Positions 14,801-29,800 of a DNA stretch of 64,000 nt are shown here, one piece after another. Position 1 is the first letter of the stretch. The number at the start of each line of letters is the position of its first letter. The notes under the pieces are model-generated. The model worked only from the letters and a program-made list of their open reading frames with translations, did no database searches and was not told the origin of the DNA. The stretch comes from Botryllus schlosseri (lineage: Eukaryota): assembly GCA_051294905.1 (NCBI GenBank), contig CM119376.1:10726001-10790000 (forward strand), written 5' to 3'. The position numbers and the translations under genes are program-made.

Positions 14801-17800
14801 GGCGTCCCAGAGACCCACGTGCTCCTTGGATTCTTACTGTCCGCCCGCGTGCCGATGTCTGGACGGCGTGGTCAACTGCATCGATCAAGGACTGACGTCA
14901 CTTCCTCCCTCGTTACCGTCTGACGTCACTGAGCTGTTCGTAAACTGTTATAACCCCAATCGTGTGTTGCTGTCTTAAACGATGATCGCTTTTAGGCGCT
15001 TGGAACAGAATCAGATCCGGGTCATACCGCCAAGAGCTTTTGCTAGATACAAGCAATTGCAGAGAATGTGAGCATGATTTCACGTAACGCTTATTTTGTA
15101 GTCTCATGGGCTTGGTGTGTAAGACAGGCAAATATGGTTCGAAATCTTGCCCTTGTCAATCATAACTTTGTACGAATTGAGGTGGTACTATGAAAACGGG
15201 GATAATCATGATAAAATGCGTTTCTCTATTACGCTTTCTCTGCAGGAAATACCTTGGAATATCTCGTAGGCAGAAGCAAAGCTCTGTGTAATTTGTTTGG
15301 ACAAACCATTCGCTATCTTCGGCGAATCGCACAAAATTCGGCATACGCCGGCTGTTTGGGCTAAGAAAAGAATACTTTTCGTCGTACGTTTCGTGTCGTT
15401 ACGTCATGATTCGAGCTTTGTTTTGTTAGCCTCCGCGATCTCCGCCGTTATGAGAGTTATTCTCGATATTTTTCCGTCGGAAAATTGGATTACCCGACCA
15501 GGCCGCACTAACAAAGGATCCGGAATTATTTGCTCCTACCAACAATCGACCACACGCGATACGGCTAGTAGGAAACCGTACTGCAGATCCTTATTTTTTC
15601 TACACGAAGGCATTTTGTCGTGAGCGTAATTCCATCGCTGGTCAAGTGGTCAGCCTGTAGTTTTCTTTGTTAATACGATATTATAGGGGTTGGGGTTCAA
15701 ACATCTGAACGCGTTTAGGCCGAACAAACGTGAGTCCACCGGCTACTTACATCACGATTTCAATCCGACCCTCACACTGTGAACCTTGATCAAGTCAAAA
15801 GTCGCATGTCGCAAGTTACGAATCCATTCCTCATTGGATTATAATAGGTGGGACAGGTCCCATTAAAAATCTCGGGTTCATAAGGGGATCGCGTCATGTG
15901 TAATGGCGATTATCCGTTTGTTGACTGATGATATCATCAAGACGCGCGGTTCGCCGGGGCTCTCGAGCGAAATTAAAATCTCATCAAGACATCACTACTG
16001 AGGAAAAGCTATCAAAACACGCCTCTCGTCGGAGAATTATAATTTGATTGATTAAGCTAATAGGATTTGAAAAGCTAGAGGATGTTCCTTGTTGCAAGAG
16101 CGCCACTTGACGCAAAGCGCAATGCATTCCTTTCGGTGAAATCACGGGTTTTCTATACGGAGACAGTCATCGGGCTACGTTAACCCAGCCAGTCTTGGAC
16201 AAATGGATCAGTTTTTCCAAATTACATTAGAATTTTAATTATAATTACACAGTTCTTTATTCTTCAAATTAGACTGGAATTCGAATTATATCTACACTGA
16301 TTTCTCTAAATTAGATTGCAATTAGAATTGTAGCTACACATTTTTTCAATTAGATTGGACTTAGAATTACAAATCATAGTTCATTGTCATAAGCACGATA
16401 ATGGCAAATGTCTTTACAGAAAACTTGGCGCGTTTCGCACTATACAGTTTTCCTGAAGCATTTTCGGGAAACCCAAAAATTAGATTAGAATCAAAATTAA
16501 AGCACAGAAGCATTGAACAAATTAGATCAGAATTAGAATTAGAGAAAAGAAACATTTCACTAATTAGATTTGAATTAGATTACTGACATTTCGTCCTAAT
16601 TAGTCTAATTGCTCATGTCTGCCGCTAGCGAGGGAGTCGGTGCTGTAATCGCGCGAGTGAATAAGCTTTCGATAGAGCCGTTTGCTTTTCTGAAACACAC
16701 ACTGTCCATTACTTTGTGCCTGATTTCTATCGAATTACGTGAACGACAGCTGTCGTCAGTTCTTCACAGTCCTGTGTCCTGCATCCCGACCCAGGCTGTC
16801 ACACGATCCTACTTGCGTGACAATCTTGGGCGTAGGCTTTCTCGGTATGACTTACGGTCCTCGGGCAAGATTATGCCTAACGCGATCACCGGCTCGGATT
16901 TCACGGTTATCGACATTTCGCCTTCGTTTTCAGAGACTTGAGCAATAACATGATCGCCGAAATATCCGAAGACGCATTCCAGGGAACGAAGCGTCTGATT
17001 TCGCTGTGAGTTGTAATTTAATTTCTCGGACCACCCACCGTCGTGATTCCTATGGAGCAACGCAGAGCGAGCCTGTTCACGTTGGGATTTGCCCCGCTGG
17101 TCGCGACTTCTTGCCTTACATGGTCGTTGTTACTATTTGGTTTAGCATCTGTTGGATGTTTGGGAGTTTGTTTCTATAACAAATATTGCTAAGTGTCAGT
17201 TGGTGACCGTGAGAATGGTTGCTATTTGCAAACCACGGCGGTAATGAAGCAGAGTGTAATTGGAACCAGAAATACGTCATTATTGCGCCGCTACACATAT
17301 CAGTAACCTATACAAACCCTACATGGCATTCCAAAGGCTGCGTGATAATCTAAGCGCCGTATAAGTTCATAATGATACTAGCTTTGGAATCAAACATCGA
17401 TCGCAAATACTATTATGTAATTACAGACGTGGTCAAAGATGTAAACGGTGCTACTCGTGTATACTAGTTGTATACTTTAAGAGAAACCTAGTTGAGTACT
17501 TTGAAAAGGTAGCAGTACTTTGATACGGTCCCCATCCGCGTAATAATACCAACCTAATATTATGACGCGTGTTCGGTTTCATTGCAGAATTCTGTACGAG
17601 AACAACATCGCCAGCTTGCCTCGAAATGTATTTTCTGGACTGTCCAAACTCGAACTTCTGTGAGTCCGCATTTACGACTTGAATATAGGCTTTTGATTTT
17701 CAGTAGCGATAAAGCAACCTCGATTTTTAGCCTGTTGAATGCAAACAAGATATCCTGTCTGAGACACGATGCGTTTGACGGACTGTCTTCTCTCAAACTG

Positions 17801-20800
17801 CTGTAAGTAACGACATTATACCGCGTAACACACATACGTTTCATAAAATGCATTATCGCCAGGTCGCTGTATGATAACAAGCTGCAGACGATCGCGAAAG
17901 GCACATTCAAAAGTCTGAAAGCAATTCAACATCTGTAAGTGTCGTGAAAGCAATTGTATCGCCAATGATATAGATGCGCGGCTTTACCCTGCAATTTCTT
18001 ACAAATACTCCCCATCTTTCTTCAGACACTTGGCTCAAAACCCGTATATTTGCGATTGTAACATGCGATGGATCGCTGACTTCCTCCACGAACATCCGGT
18101 CGAAACCAGCGGGGCTAAATGCGCCGCCCCGCGCAAGCTCTCTAACAGAAAACTAGGGAGCATCAAAGCGAGAAGATTCAAGTGTGACAGTAAGCGTTTG
18201 ACGGGTTTCAAAAAGTATACCAGTAGTTGGATGTTTCTACGCCTATGTAGCAAAGAGTGCACGTCCGATTTACTACCAAAGATATGCGATACTTCGACCA
18301 ATTATATTTTTGAAAAGTACTTGCTTGGAGTTACTTTCCAGACCTTTGATTCGCTACTTGTACTTGGGGTATATAGTTTTGGCATGTCTTATAGTAACCC
18401 CTAGCTCTGCTTGTAATTTCATTTGAATTTCTGATTATATGTGTGGCGTGTCCATGTGCTTCGGTATAACCATGTTCAGTGTCGCTAACGCACTCGCACC
18501 TTAACATGGTCACATTGAGCGCAAGGTCACGAGATGCAAGCTTTCTTCATTGCGGAATGCGCACTGATTTCTTTACGTCACTGTATTGTCTCCAAGCTCA
18601 CACCATTCGTTACTGTTCAGACGGTAACAACTTCCCGTCGCCGTACGCCGGCGAATGTAGCCCCGAATCGGAGTGCCCGCCGAAGTGCAGATGTGACGGC
18701 ACTGTTGTGGATTGCTCCAATCAACAGCTAACAAGCATCCCCGACAACATTCCCGCGTATACCACAGAGCTGTAAGTTCGACGAGTTGTATTTAATAATA
18801 CAAAAACGTGAATAGTATATTCTCATTGGAATGAACCCAAATGTTTTCGGCTGACACTCGTCAGGGGTAATCGTCAGCAATTATAGTAGAGAATTGGAAA
18901 GAACATTGTTCTCTGCTAGTTGCTGACGATCACCTCTGACGAGTGTCAGCCGAAAATATTCGGGTTCATTTCAACGTGAATATACCATTCAATTGTATAT
19001 ATTGAAGCTCTGTACCTCCAAGAAGTTATTCAAATAACTAAAAAATGTTCGAATACCGTGTGCTTCACAAATTTTCAAAACTTCACCATTGCGCTTTCGC
19101 ACCCATTACAATGAATGAAGGCGGTAAAATACCTCAATCCTTATGGAAATAAACCCATGAGGGTATAGGTAGTGTTTTCCAGTACCAACCCAAGAAGACG
19201 CAAAAGGTGGTATCGTTGAACAGAACCCACTACACCACGGAATATGACTCCATAGGCAGACTTGGACAACTAGATAATTATAGTTGTCTAATTTCACTAA
19301 ATTAGAGCAAAATGCCAGTAATCTAATTCTAATCTAATTTGGAAAAGCTGAAAATTTTCTAGTTGTCCAAGTATATGCTTGGATAACTAGATAATTATAG
19401 TTGTCTAATTTCATTAAATTAGAGCCAAATGCCAGTAATCTAATTCTAATCTAATTTGAAAAAGCCGAAAATTTTCTAGTTGTCCCAGTCTGTCCATAAG
19501 GATTGGTGTACTTGGCCCGTTTTCAGTTATACGCTGCTATTGGAATAGGAGTGAAATTTTGCACCTTATTGAGTAAATCCTGTGAATACACCTATTTTTC
19601 TCCCATGTCTTTACTGTAGGTAGACGGAAGTTTCATTTTCAAATCGTCATCTCAATTTCAGAAATCTTGCCTTCAACGATATTGAGACCCTTTCCCGGCT
19701 TGATATTTTCAAGAAACTTGCGAATTTGAAGAAGATCGATCTGTCCAACAATAAATTGTCGGCCATCGAGGAAGGCGCTTTCAGTGGCGCGCACAGCGTT
19801 TTGGAATTGTGAGTTTACGGAGTGTAGGACGAATTTGTAATAGAAATTGGGCAGGCGTTATACCTTGATGTTGTATTTTAATCTGTTTCTAATACCGTTG
19901 TCTCTCGGTTTTAATCCATTCGGTGTCGTGTTTCACAAGACTAAATACCGATCAAACACTCATTCTAGCCGATGTGGGCGACCATCAGGGTGTCTTACGC
20001 GAAGCGTGGAATCGGTGCTGCTCAGTGCTCAGTTAGCCGTGTCCCCAAATAGCCCACCACAAATAAAACTCCATCTAAAGTTCGCCGGCGTGTCGGTATC
20101 TGAGAATGTGGTTGCCATAACTTGAGTTACATCAATTATAAAATCTTTAACTGCCTTACTACATTATACGCGATTGACCAGCTGAGAAAAATACATTAGG
20201 CACAGATTTTGGAAGCATTTCTTCACGAACACAGGTCGTGGTTACGGTACACGCCTCCGACCTGCGTGAATTCTTTCAATAATTCGCTGCTCAAGTGGCC
20301 ATCACGTCCAGGTGGTTGCTAAAAACAAAAACTTCGGAAGATGTGGGATTTGTCGACTGCTCTGAATTCCATTAGCGACTAGATCAACATTGACTCACTG
20401 TATAAGCTCATTTGTTCTTACAACCAAACGCGCCATGTGCTTCAGATCTGACAGGGCATGGGCCGTGAGTGTTGTTTTTCGGTGATGATATTGACATGTT
20501 CTAATTGATGACCTTACAAGGACTATATGTGTTGCGTCTCGGAATTCTTTCACTAGTAAAATAACTACCTCTGATCCCCGTGGCCTTCTTTATAAGTCAT
20601 TGTTTTCGTGGCTAGGTGCTGCGTTGAATGATTACCGAATGGTAAAGTTAATGCTGGCTGCTTTTTGGACGGACATAGTAAATTACCGATTCTTACATAT
20701 CTCGAAAAGATGGGGGATTTCAGCTTCCAATAAGAGCTTGAAATTCAAATCTATACAGCCGGCAACATTCAAATACCTTAGGAAATGAGTACGGCAAGGG

Positions 20801-23800
20801 AATATCGGTGCATGCTTATATACTTATGCAAACATCGCAAATTCAAATTCGGTCAAATTCATCCAGTAAATAGTTCTGGTACGTTGATCTCTAAAACTTC
20901 TTTACTGTTGTTAGACCGTTTAATGATATCGGCCTTTTGGAAGGTATCGCCATGGCAGACAAAATCTCTCTATTCTAATTTTCTCGTGAATAAATTCGCG
21001 GACGAAACCGTAAAATACCTCTCCGTCCATTAAGCATTCCGGCTAAGTTCGCGTACCACCGTGACCGGTGACCCTTGTAATTGTTGAAATCATCAGTAAA
21101 CATTTATGTCAAATTATTCCTCACCCACAAATATAATAGACTAATGGACAGGTGGGCCTCGAAAACATTTCGAATTTGGGTGATTCACGACCGTCGACGT
21201 ACGGGCGTTCAAAGTTTACGCGCGGGAACTGTGTGGAAAGATATTTTTTTCGATACTGGTCATAAAATTCATTTGAGTCACCGTTGTTTGACTTTACTCG
21301 GTTTCATTTCTTTTAAAAACTCCATTTCGTCAGTTGGCAAAGTTGAAGGTTATCACAAATATTACTTCGCTTTCACACCTGGATATCAGTTGCATCCCAA
21401 ATAAATCGGGACTTGTCTTCATAGTTCAGTTGATCCATCGTTACGGTAGCTGGCATATTCCGCTGTTTTACGCAATCCGAGACCAGGAGACGTGACCTGT
21501 GTTTGTCTTCTCAGGTGGATGAACGACAATGAACTTGAAAATTTGAAGGGATCCATGTTCTCGGGACTGACTAATCTCCGTACTTTGTATGTTTTCTTTT
21601 CTGCGCGTACGGCGGGATCGAATTACTCACGACTTGGATTCGTTTATTTCAGGATGATCCGCAATAATCATCTGCGTTGCGTAAATAATGAGACATTTGC
21701 GGGCCTGTCCACTATCACTCATCTTTCGTTGTATGAAAACAGAATTACGAGCATAGTGGAGGGGGCGTTCGATAGCTTGTCTTCGATGACTTTACTGTAA
21801 GTATTGTAATACATTGATTCTGCGGAGTTTACATTGTTACTGCGCCGGTTCCAAATGACTTATCTTATTCATTCTGTGCTTAAACACAAAAACCACATAT
21901 CTAACATAATGTTCGAGCATCGGTGATTCAAATCTACATGTTAGTTGAAAAATACATGTCTTTAGTCCAAGAAAACATGAGCTCACTTCAAATGCACTTT
22001 CGTTCACCATTGAAATCTGCGTCACTAATCAAATCATACACTAATCAAATCACCCAAACGCTGCAATTTTTTGTGTAAAGAAATTCACATTTTGAAAAGA
22101 AAACACGGCGATTTCGATTCTACAACTATATTATCCGTTCTTTATTTGAGTGCACTGAAAATGTCAAGCTTCCCAGTGACAATTTCGATTTAAGATGACT
22201 GCCCATATTTGTGTACTTGCTGAGACATAAGTACGTATATTCATTCGTAATAAGTCGGTATACAAGTAACAATTCCGTACAATATACGGAGCCTCGCTCA
22301 ATTATCTTAATACAACCCAATACTGAAAAGTTTTCAAAAATGAAAGTCGCTCATTTTTACATGAAATATGTCGTTTTAGACCACGATCAAATATATGAGT
22401 GCGCACAATATACATAATCTCTCATGACTAACCAAAATGCAACCAAATACTCCAATTGCGTAATGAATGAAATTCGTTCATTTTTGAAAACATGACCTTT
22501 TCGATTGCATTTCGACGACTTCGCTTTCCGACTGAATGATTGCTAGTCTTTTCTGTGCTTATTGAAGAGCAGAGGACATTTAGTCCATTTTGGACCCATA
22601 TTCCAATAAATTAGTCGGTAAAATATACATAGTCACCCATGATCAACCATAATGCAACACAATACTCTATTTAAAAAAAATATTAGTTCATTTTTAAATA
22701 AAATATGGCGTTAACGATCGCGTTTCGACTACTTTAAACGCGCATTGACAACTATTATTTCTCACTGAATCGTTGTCAATCTTTTCTATGCTTACTGAAG
22801 TACGGAGGATAAACCTCCTCCCGTCAGGTATGTCCAACTGTCTTCGAATTGACTGAAATTCATCCCCGTCGCCGGCTGAGATCTCGAATTGTTCCATAAC
22901 AGAAATCTCCTTTCCAACCCGTTGGTGTGCGACTGTCACCTGCTATGGTTGTCCGCCTGGCTACGCACCGGCACCTTCAAGTCGGGCAATCCGCGCTGCC
23001 ACGAGCCGTCGATGCTGCACGGGTTCCCGGTGTCCGACATCAACCCGCAGGACTTCAGGTGCTCGCCCGAAGCGGCGTCGAAGCCGCCGACTTGCAAGCC
23101 GGAAATGAAGTGTCCGGAGAGATGCGTGTGTGAGGGTGAAGGTAAGGGGGAGTACTTGATATTATGAATTGGTATGTAGCTCAATATCGCCCTTCGGAAA
23201 CTAAACTGTGGACCATAGGCGGCAGATTTATTCAGTTGCCATGATACAGGGGCTATTTCACATGATCCTTATGGCAATTGTGATCAACAAAATGATGCAA
23301 ATTTATCCCAAAAACACTCTGCACTTTTCGAAATCCAAATTACTAACAGTCAATAGTGTTGCCTAAAATCTGTTGAAGTAGAAATGAGAGTAGTCCAAAA
23401 CACTATCACTTGAATACGTATACTGTGTAGTGCACATAGGCCAAACTGTGAGTTCTCCGAAAGGGTAGAAGTAACCTTCCATCTTACTGACCCGCTTCGG
23501 TCACAGTGTGACCGCAATCAATGTATTGCTGCCTGGAATGAGCTTGCTGTATTCTTTTCTATGGTTCCGCCCGAAGTTTTGTAAGATTTGGGAACCTTAT
23601 CGGTTTTATTTCAGGTACAATCGTCCGTTGCGTTAACGCTGGGCTCACCGCATTCCCGGTGGACGACATTCCAACAACAGTCACCGAACTGTATTTGAAT
23701 CTCAACAAGATCAAGCTCATACCGGCGTCTGTAAAGCGATTTCGGAAGCTCGAGATACTGTAATGCAGTCCGTTATGCCAACATCGACACAACTTTACAA

Positions 23801-26800
23801 CTTCTTTCCCGCGCAGAGATCTCAGCAATAACGCGATCTCGACATTGCAAGACAACTTGTTCTCGAACTTTACACGCCTGTCAAAACTCCTGCTGCCGTA
23901 CAACCGCTTGAGATGTCTGCCTCCTCGCGGGTTCGCGGGACTGAGAAACTTGAGAATATTGTGAGTCGCAAGCGTTGTCGCAGTTACTGGAGTCATTTTT
24001 GTACACTGTCAACTTAATTTTACAGGAGCCTGCACAGCAACGAGATATCGACTGTACAGCGCGGGACCTTTGAGGACCTTCCTTCATTGAGTCACATGTG
24101 AGTCGATTTTATGGGACGTAACTGTCATGGTGATCATAGTAACGCACTGTCTGTACTTTCTGACTGGTCAGGTCTCGCAATTTGCACTACTTGAGTGATT
24201 CTCGGCAAGGCCATTTCCAGTTTTTCTTCAACATTTGTTTGAATCAAATCGCTTGATTCTTGTGAGTGAAAAAGGGAATATATTGCCCCGAACTACTCAC
24301 CAAGACTGTAGTTCATAAATGATTCACTTCCCAATTCTACTTCAATCAGTTTTGATATGCCGAGAGAATCAGTGTTGAATACCATGGGTGACCACTGACC
24401 AATCTATCTACCTCTCCATATTTACTATACTGTCAGGGTTTATTGAATATTTCCGGAAACTGCACTATGTTGTAGTTTATAAAGCATTTTGACTGATTTA
24501 TGATTTCATGGCGACAGCGCTATTGGATCCAATCCCTGGTACTGTGACTGCAACTTGGCCTGGTTCCGGAACTGGATCAACAGCGACTACAAAGAACCAG
24601 GGACGGCGCAGTGTTCCGGACCGGAATCTGTGGCGGGCATGGTCCTTCTGACGACTCCCGCGTCACGATTCCGATGCGACAGTAAGATATTATTCTTGAA
24701 ATCCCCGCTGTTATATCTTTTGGTAACACTATACTATAGAGTATAGACTGTATTAGAAATTTGCATTTCACAATAATGTTGCTTGCCACCGTTCTCCCAA
24801 CGTGAGAGTGTGTTGTAGGAGCTGTTATGTAAATAGGCCATTTATATTTGCGAATGCCTGTAATTTCTTGCACGGATTTGTCCAGCGTTTGTGTGTTGCT
24901 TCTCTGTGGTTACGCTGTAGTAGAGTGTAGAACACTCCGACTGATCTCAGGGTCGGTTTTGTTCCCATTGCGCGAAAACCATTAGTGAGATACTCAACGT
25001 TTTTTCGATGTCCCCCAAAAGCACAAAGTAAAAGGATTTTGCTTGCTAGAAAACCATGAGCACGGGCGGGAGGTTTTAATTCGGTATCGCGGACGCGGTG
25101 AGGGAATTCACGCTCATGGTTTTCGTGCAAGAGTCGTGGCTTGTATTTGAAATGAAGGAAGGACTATGCTGACAACTGATAGTTTGTAATTATGGACATG
25201 CATTTTATATGTCCTGAGAAATCAATGATGGTACACACTCCCGGTTACTCTCAAAGGCGGTCAAAGTTGTCAGCGTTGCTACTCAAGTAGAAGAAGAAGT
25301 CTAAAAGCATAACCTCTCAAGTTCTCTACTTGAGTAACCTACTTGAGTACTCTGGTAAAGGAGAAGTACTGACAATCTCTGGTTACTCTACATAAAATCA
25401 ATTATCATCTAAAGACTTTGTAGCGTTGAATTCACTATAGTAAACATTTCCCTTGTCGGTTTTTCTAAACTGCAAGTACCCTCTCGTGCTGTCAAGTTAT
25501 GATTTTATCACACCGATTACGACTGTAGATATCTTCTAAACTCTGTGACCACGTACATTGGAAACGGGCCTAATATATCCGATTTACCGCCATAATAAGA
25601 TTTGATACGACATCATTATCCATGCACTGTCACTCAGGGAATTGAATGTGGATAAAGTAATTTAAACAGATCAAGGCGGCATAAAATGTCCCATGACGCT
25701 TTCCATCCAATATTTAATAGTTCTCAGCATAGTCCGCTTCATTTCAAAATCGGAGCGAATTTTAGGCGGTTTTTTCACTGTTTCAACCACCTATATTTCA
25801 GAGCTGCCCTACCGCAAGTGCAAAAAACGTCGTAAATTCAGACGGCGAGGTAACAACGACATAACCCATAATCCTCCTGCTTTGTGCTTCCGTTCTAATA
25901 AGCGATGAAGGAATGAATTTTGTTTGATTCGGGGCACGGTACTAGGACCTTATTAATTTTATTGCGTTAGCTGCGGTTTCATCGTCCGTTTGTTTCACTG
26001 AGATCGTGAGATCTTTCGCACCGAACTCGTCTTTCGAAATAGTTGCATGGTGACAGGTGTTTGAGTGAGAATTGCATTGGATAAAATGATCAGAAAGATT
26101 GGTTTAAATCCGCCGGTTTTCCCTAAACCTGGTATGCGAAACTCAGCGTGAAGCTTGTTGGTCCAATTGAATCGTTAGATCTACTGCAAGATAGAAATGG
26201 AAGTGTCGTTAAGACTGCAAACGATTTGCCTCAGAACTGTATGGTGTGCACTATATCGACAATGCGGAGAGTTTAATTGTTTTGTCGATCTTACAGCTCG
26301 TAAAATATGAGGTCATGCCAGCCCCATATCTATAAATGTAACAAACTATTTGTTTGTGGTATACTACGAAGTCATATATAGTCAATCCGGCATATTTAAG
26401 ACGAATATTTTACCCTACCCTCAGGGCTGTTTCTACTGGCATTTCTGCATGTCACTAGTAGGCGAAAGAGTACTATTGCCTCTCAATTTGAGTAGATTTT
26501 AACGAGAATAATAGGCCTTCACAACCAAGAGTAATATTTTATCAACCATCTTGACGCGTCGAGACCTCCGTTAGCCGTAACTCTGCATTAAAAGATGTTA
26601 CACATCACTACCGGTACGTATATTCATGGTACGACATTTCTGTCGGGTATTTATTGACCATCACAATGGTCACACAGCGTTACAAATTAGTTTGGTCCAG
26701 AAAAATGAAATTACCATTAAAAAACTGCCGACATTTTCATTTTTGGCTGCTAAAAGCATATATGTTCAACTTCTCTAGTCGTTATTGCTGTTGTGCCATC

Positions 26801-29800
26801 GTGATCGGTGGTAGTCGCCTCAAAGCTTGATCCATATAGACTCAGAATTGAATCATTCCAGCCCCATGGTGTTTCTATTGAAAAAAAGCAGGGCAGTGTT
26901 CTGAGTGATACGGCCGATTTGTTTACCACGCTGTACTATATAATAATTGGTGATGTAGTAGGACCTTGACTCGAGATAATGTTTGAAGTGATGCATGTTG
27001 GGATCTCCTTAGCATCGTTCTTCTCGTGGTCTTACATCCTTAGCATATATGTTGCTTGAAGCTTGATGTAGCTGTTCCGTGGGCGTGTAATCCATTTGCG
27101 ACTGATCTGAATGCTTCTGTTATACGTGTTTGAGATTCCCAATATCTCATTCCTACCATTACTGAGCGTCTGTGCCGACATCGATTGGTCTTTTATAGGA
27201 ACTTGTCTTTTTGTGATTGTATACTATGATACGATATATGTAGTACTTTGTAATGAGCCAGGTTTGTAAATCTGATAATTCGCGTTTCTGTGGAGGGAAC
27301 GTGTAGTTTTATGGTAATCTTCAAATAGGAATTTTACTTTCGCTGTTGCATGTATGGAAAGTTCCTTTTGCATGGTCCGTTGATTCTCAATTCCGATGCA
27401 TGCGTATGGTCGATGTTTGCAGTGGTTTTGTAATAGTAGTTTTTCTTTAAATCGGACATCTTAAATTGCAGTTTTTCAAAGTTTCCGTTTATTCACCAGG
27501 TCCCCTTAGTATACCCATCGCTTCGAAATGCGACCCGTGTCTCTCTGACCCCTGTCTCCACAATGGCACGTGTAGGCTTCATCCTGAGGAGTATTATCAG
27601 TGCATATGTCCAACGGGTAAGTCTGATTGATGGCATCGCTGATATTTATGAGGAAATAAAAACCTATTTTCACACGAACATGTGACTTACTTTTCCTTTT
27701 AAGGAATTCAAAACGCATCTGTCTCAGTGGTACATGAAATATTAATATTTAATACTTACGACTTACGGTAATCCGCTTTATTACGACAGGATTCAAGGGC
27801 AAGCACTGTGAAATGCCTGTTAATGCTTGTAATCTGCGTCCGTGCAGGAATGGCGCTACGTGCCACGGCCGTAATGAAATATCTTACACGTGAGTAATTG
27901 AATCACGCGTTACCTTGTTGAGACGTTAACGAATTTTTTGTGAAATTTCCAGGTGTACGTGCCCCCCGGGATTCACCGGCTATGACTGTGAAATTAACAT
28001 TGACGAATGCGCGCAGAATCAATGCCGACCCGCCAACGCTACGTGCATTGACGGAATCAACAGCTTTACTTGCCGATGCCCTGCAGGCTGGTAAGCGCAA
28101 ATGCAATTAGGCTAAATCGTTGCTGCCAAGTCCACCATATAGTAGGGTGCAGATCAGGCACACACCACATTTCGATACCAAATTTCGCTTTCAAACCAAT
28201 GCAGATGGGTGTAGTCGCATCGTATACACCAATCCTTATGGAGATCTATGTCGCAAGGGTGAGATTTTAGTAAACATAACCTACTACACTCGTTTTCACG
28301 TATTAGACTGGGTGTGGAAGGAAAATTTAGTACCAGAAAGACCTGATCACCTATAATTACACACTAAGCTATGGTGGAAATGTACTAAATACACCTAGTA
28401 CACTAATACACTTCTGTCTACAACCCACCTTAGAATAAAGATTTACGAATGGTCGTAGTAAATTAGTAAACTAGCTATAGTGCGAGTGTGCAAAAACTGT
28501 GCATATTTGCTTATAATCTCCATGGTTCCGGCTTGACATGATCTTAAGGATATATTGTCGGCACCTGTACAGCTATACGCAGTTATCTATACACACAAAT
28601 ATAGTATCTTGTATGTGTTTTTGTTTTGAGTGTTTCTTACATACTCAATATGTTTGTTATTAATGTTCCGGTTGGCGAAGCAATAAAATATCTCTCTTTT
28701 TCTCTCTGTCTCTTACTCTTTCAAGTATTCTTCAACCTCTCCCAACTCCTCTGATTCCACCCACTGACATTGTCCACATATGTCATCCAGGATGGGCGAC
28801 TTCTGTCAAATCGAAATCGACGACCCTTGTCAGAGACAGCCTTGTCTCAACAACGGAAAATGCTTCCCGCATCTCAACCCCAACGAAGACATCACCTACA
28901 CGTAAGTGACATTTTACGCAGAGATGGTGATCATCGATGATGCTGAAGTACGAATAGAAGTAACGATTGTCGACAAGTAGAAGTGGAAAACGAAAGGTCG
29001 GAAATGTACTGAAGTATGTGGATTGAAGAAGTGGATTTGGGCACAGTTTCACATATAGTAATAGGGATTTGCCATTTCAATAGCAAAAGTTACACACGAG
29101 CCTAGTATTACTACTACTGCTTTCTACTTGAAAAAATCTGACATATAAAAAGTAGGTCTCATCAAAACTGCGAAAGTGAATATATACCTATTGTTACCAC
29201 AAGGAAAGCAATGCCGGTTCTACACTACTAAAAGATAATTTGCTATATTTTCGACCATATCTACTTCATTGGACAGTGACAATGCTGTGGGTTGATCACG
29301 GCTTTAGCGAAATGTTATTTCCGATATGGTGTGTATAGCTTATTTCCGATATGGTGTGTATAGCTTCATACTGTGGATGTCATGATACGTTGGGGAAAAT
29401 ATCGACAGTATACTCCTCCTTGACAATATAGTTCTCAGTGAAAACTGCTGTGTCATTTCAGTTCTTCTGTATTTCCTTATGTCCAAACCTAACCATGACC
29501 ATTGACGATCGCTGAACGCCACTCGAATATATATGTATTGGCTACAGGTGCGATTGCGAGTTTGGATTCCGCGGTGCGAACTGTTCCGAACGTTGGGATC
29601 CGTGCGATAACCACAAGTGTGAAAATGGAGCCGCTTGCATCCTTTACAGATCAAACAGCGAGGGATACAGATGCGACTGTCCGGTGGGTTATCGGTAAGT
29701 GAACGAATAATCGCTATCAATATTCTTAAAATTGCAATAACACAGTATGGGGTTTCATGATACGCTTCGGAATAAGGGTTGGTGATTTTTATTGGCTGCA

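Noticed and set aside
20433-20452. Second miR-218-like stretch CCATGTGCTTCAGATCTGAC, sharing 11 nt including the seed with the hairpin at 18452
   Set aside because: No complementary arm within hairpin distance on either side; the 3' half does not match miR-218; probably chance or a dead relic
23892-23894. Pro in the Slit [11 protein letters not shown], where Ser is usual
   Set aside because: A single T>C change could be polymorphism or sequencing error; not interpretable from one sequence
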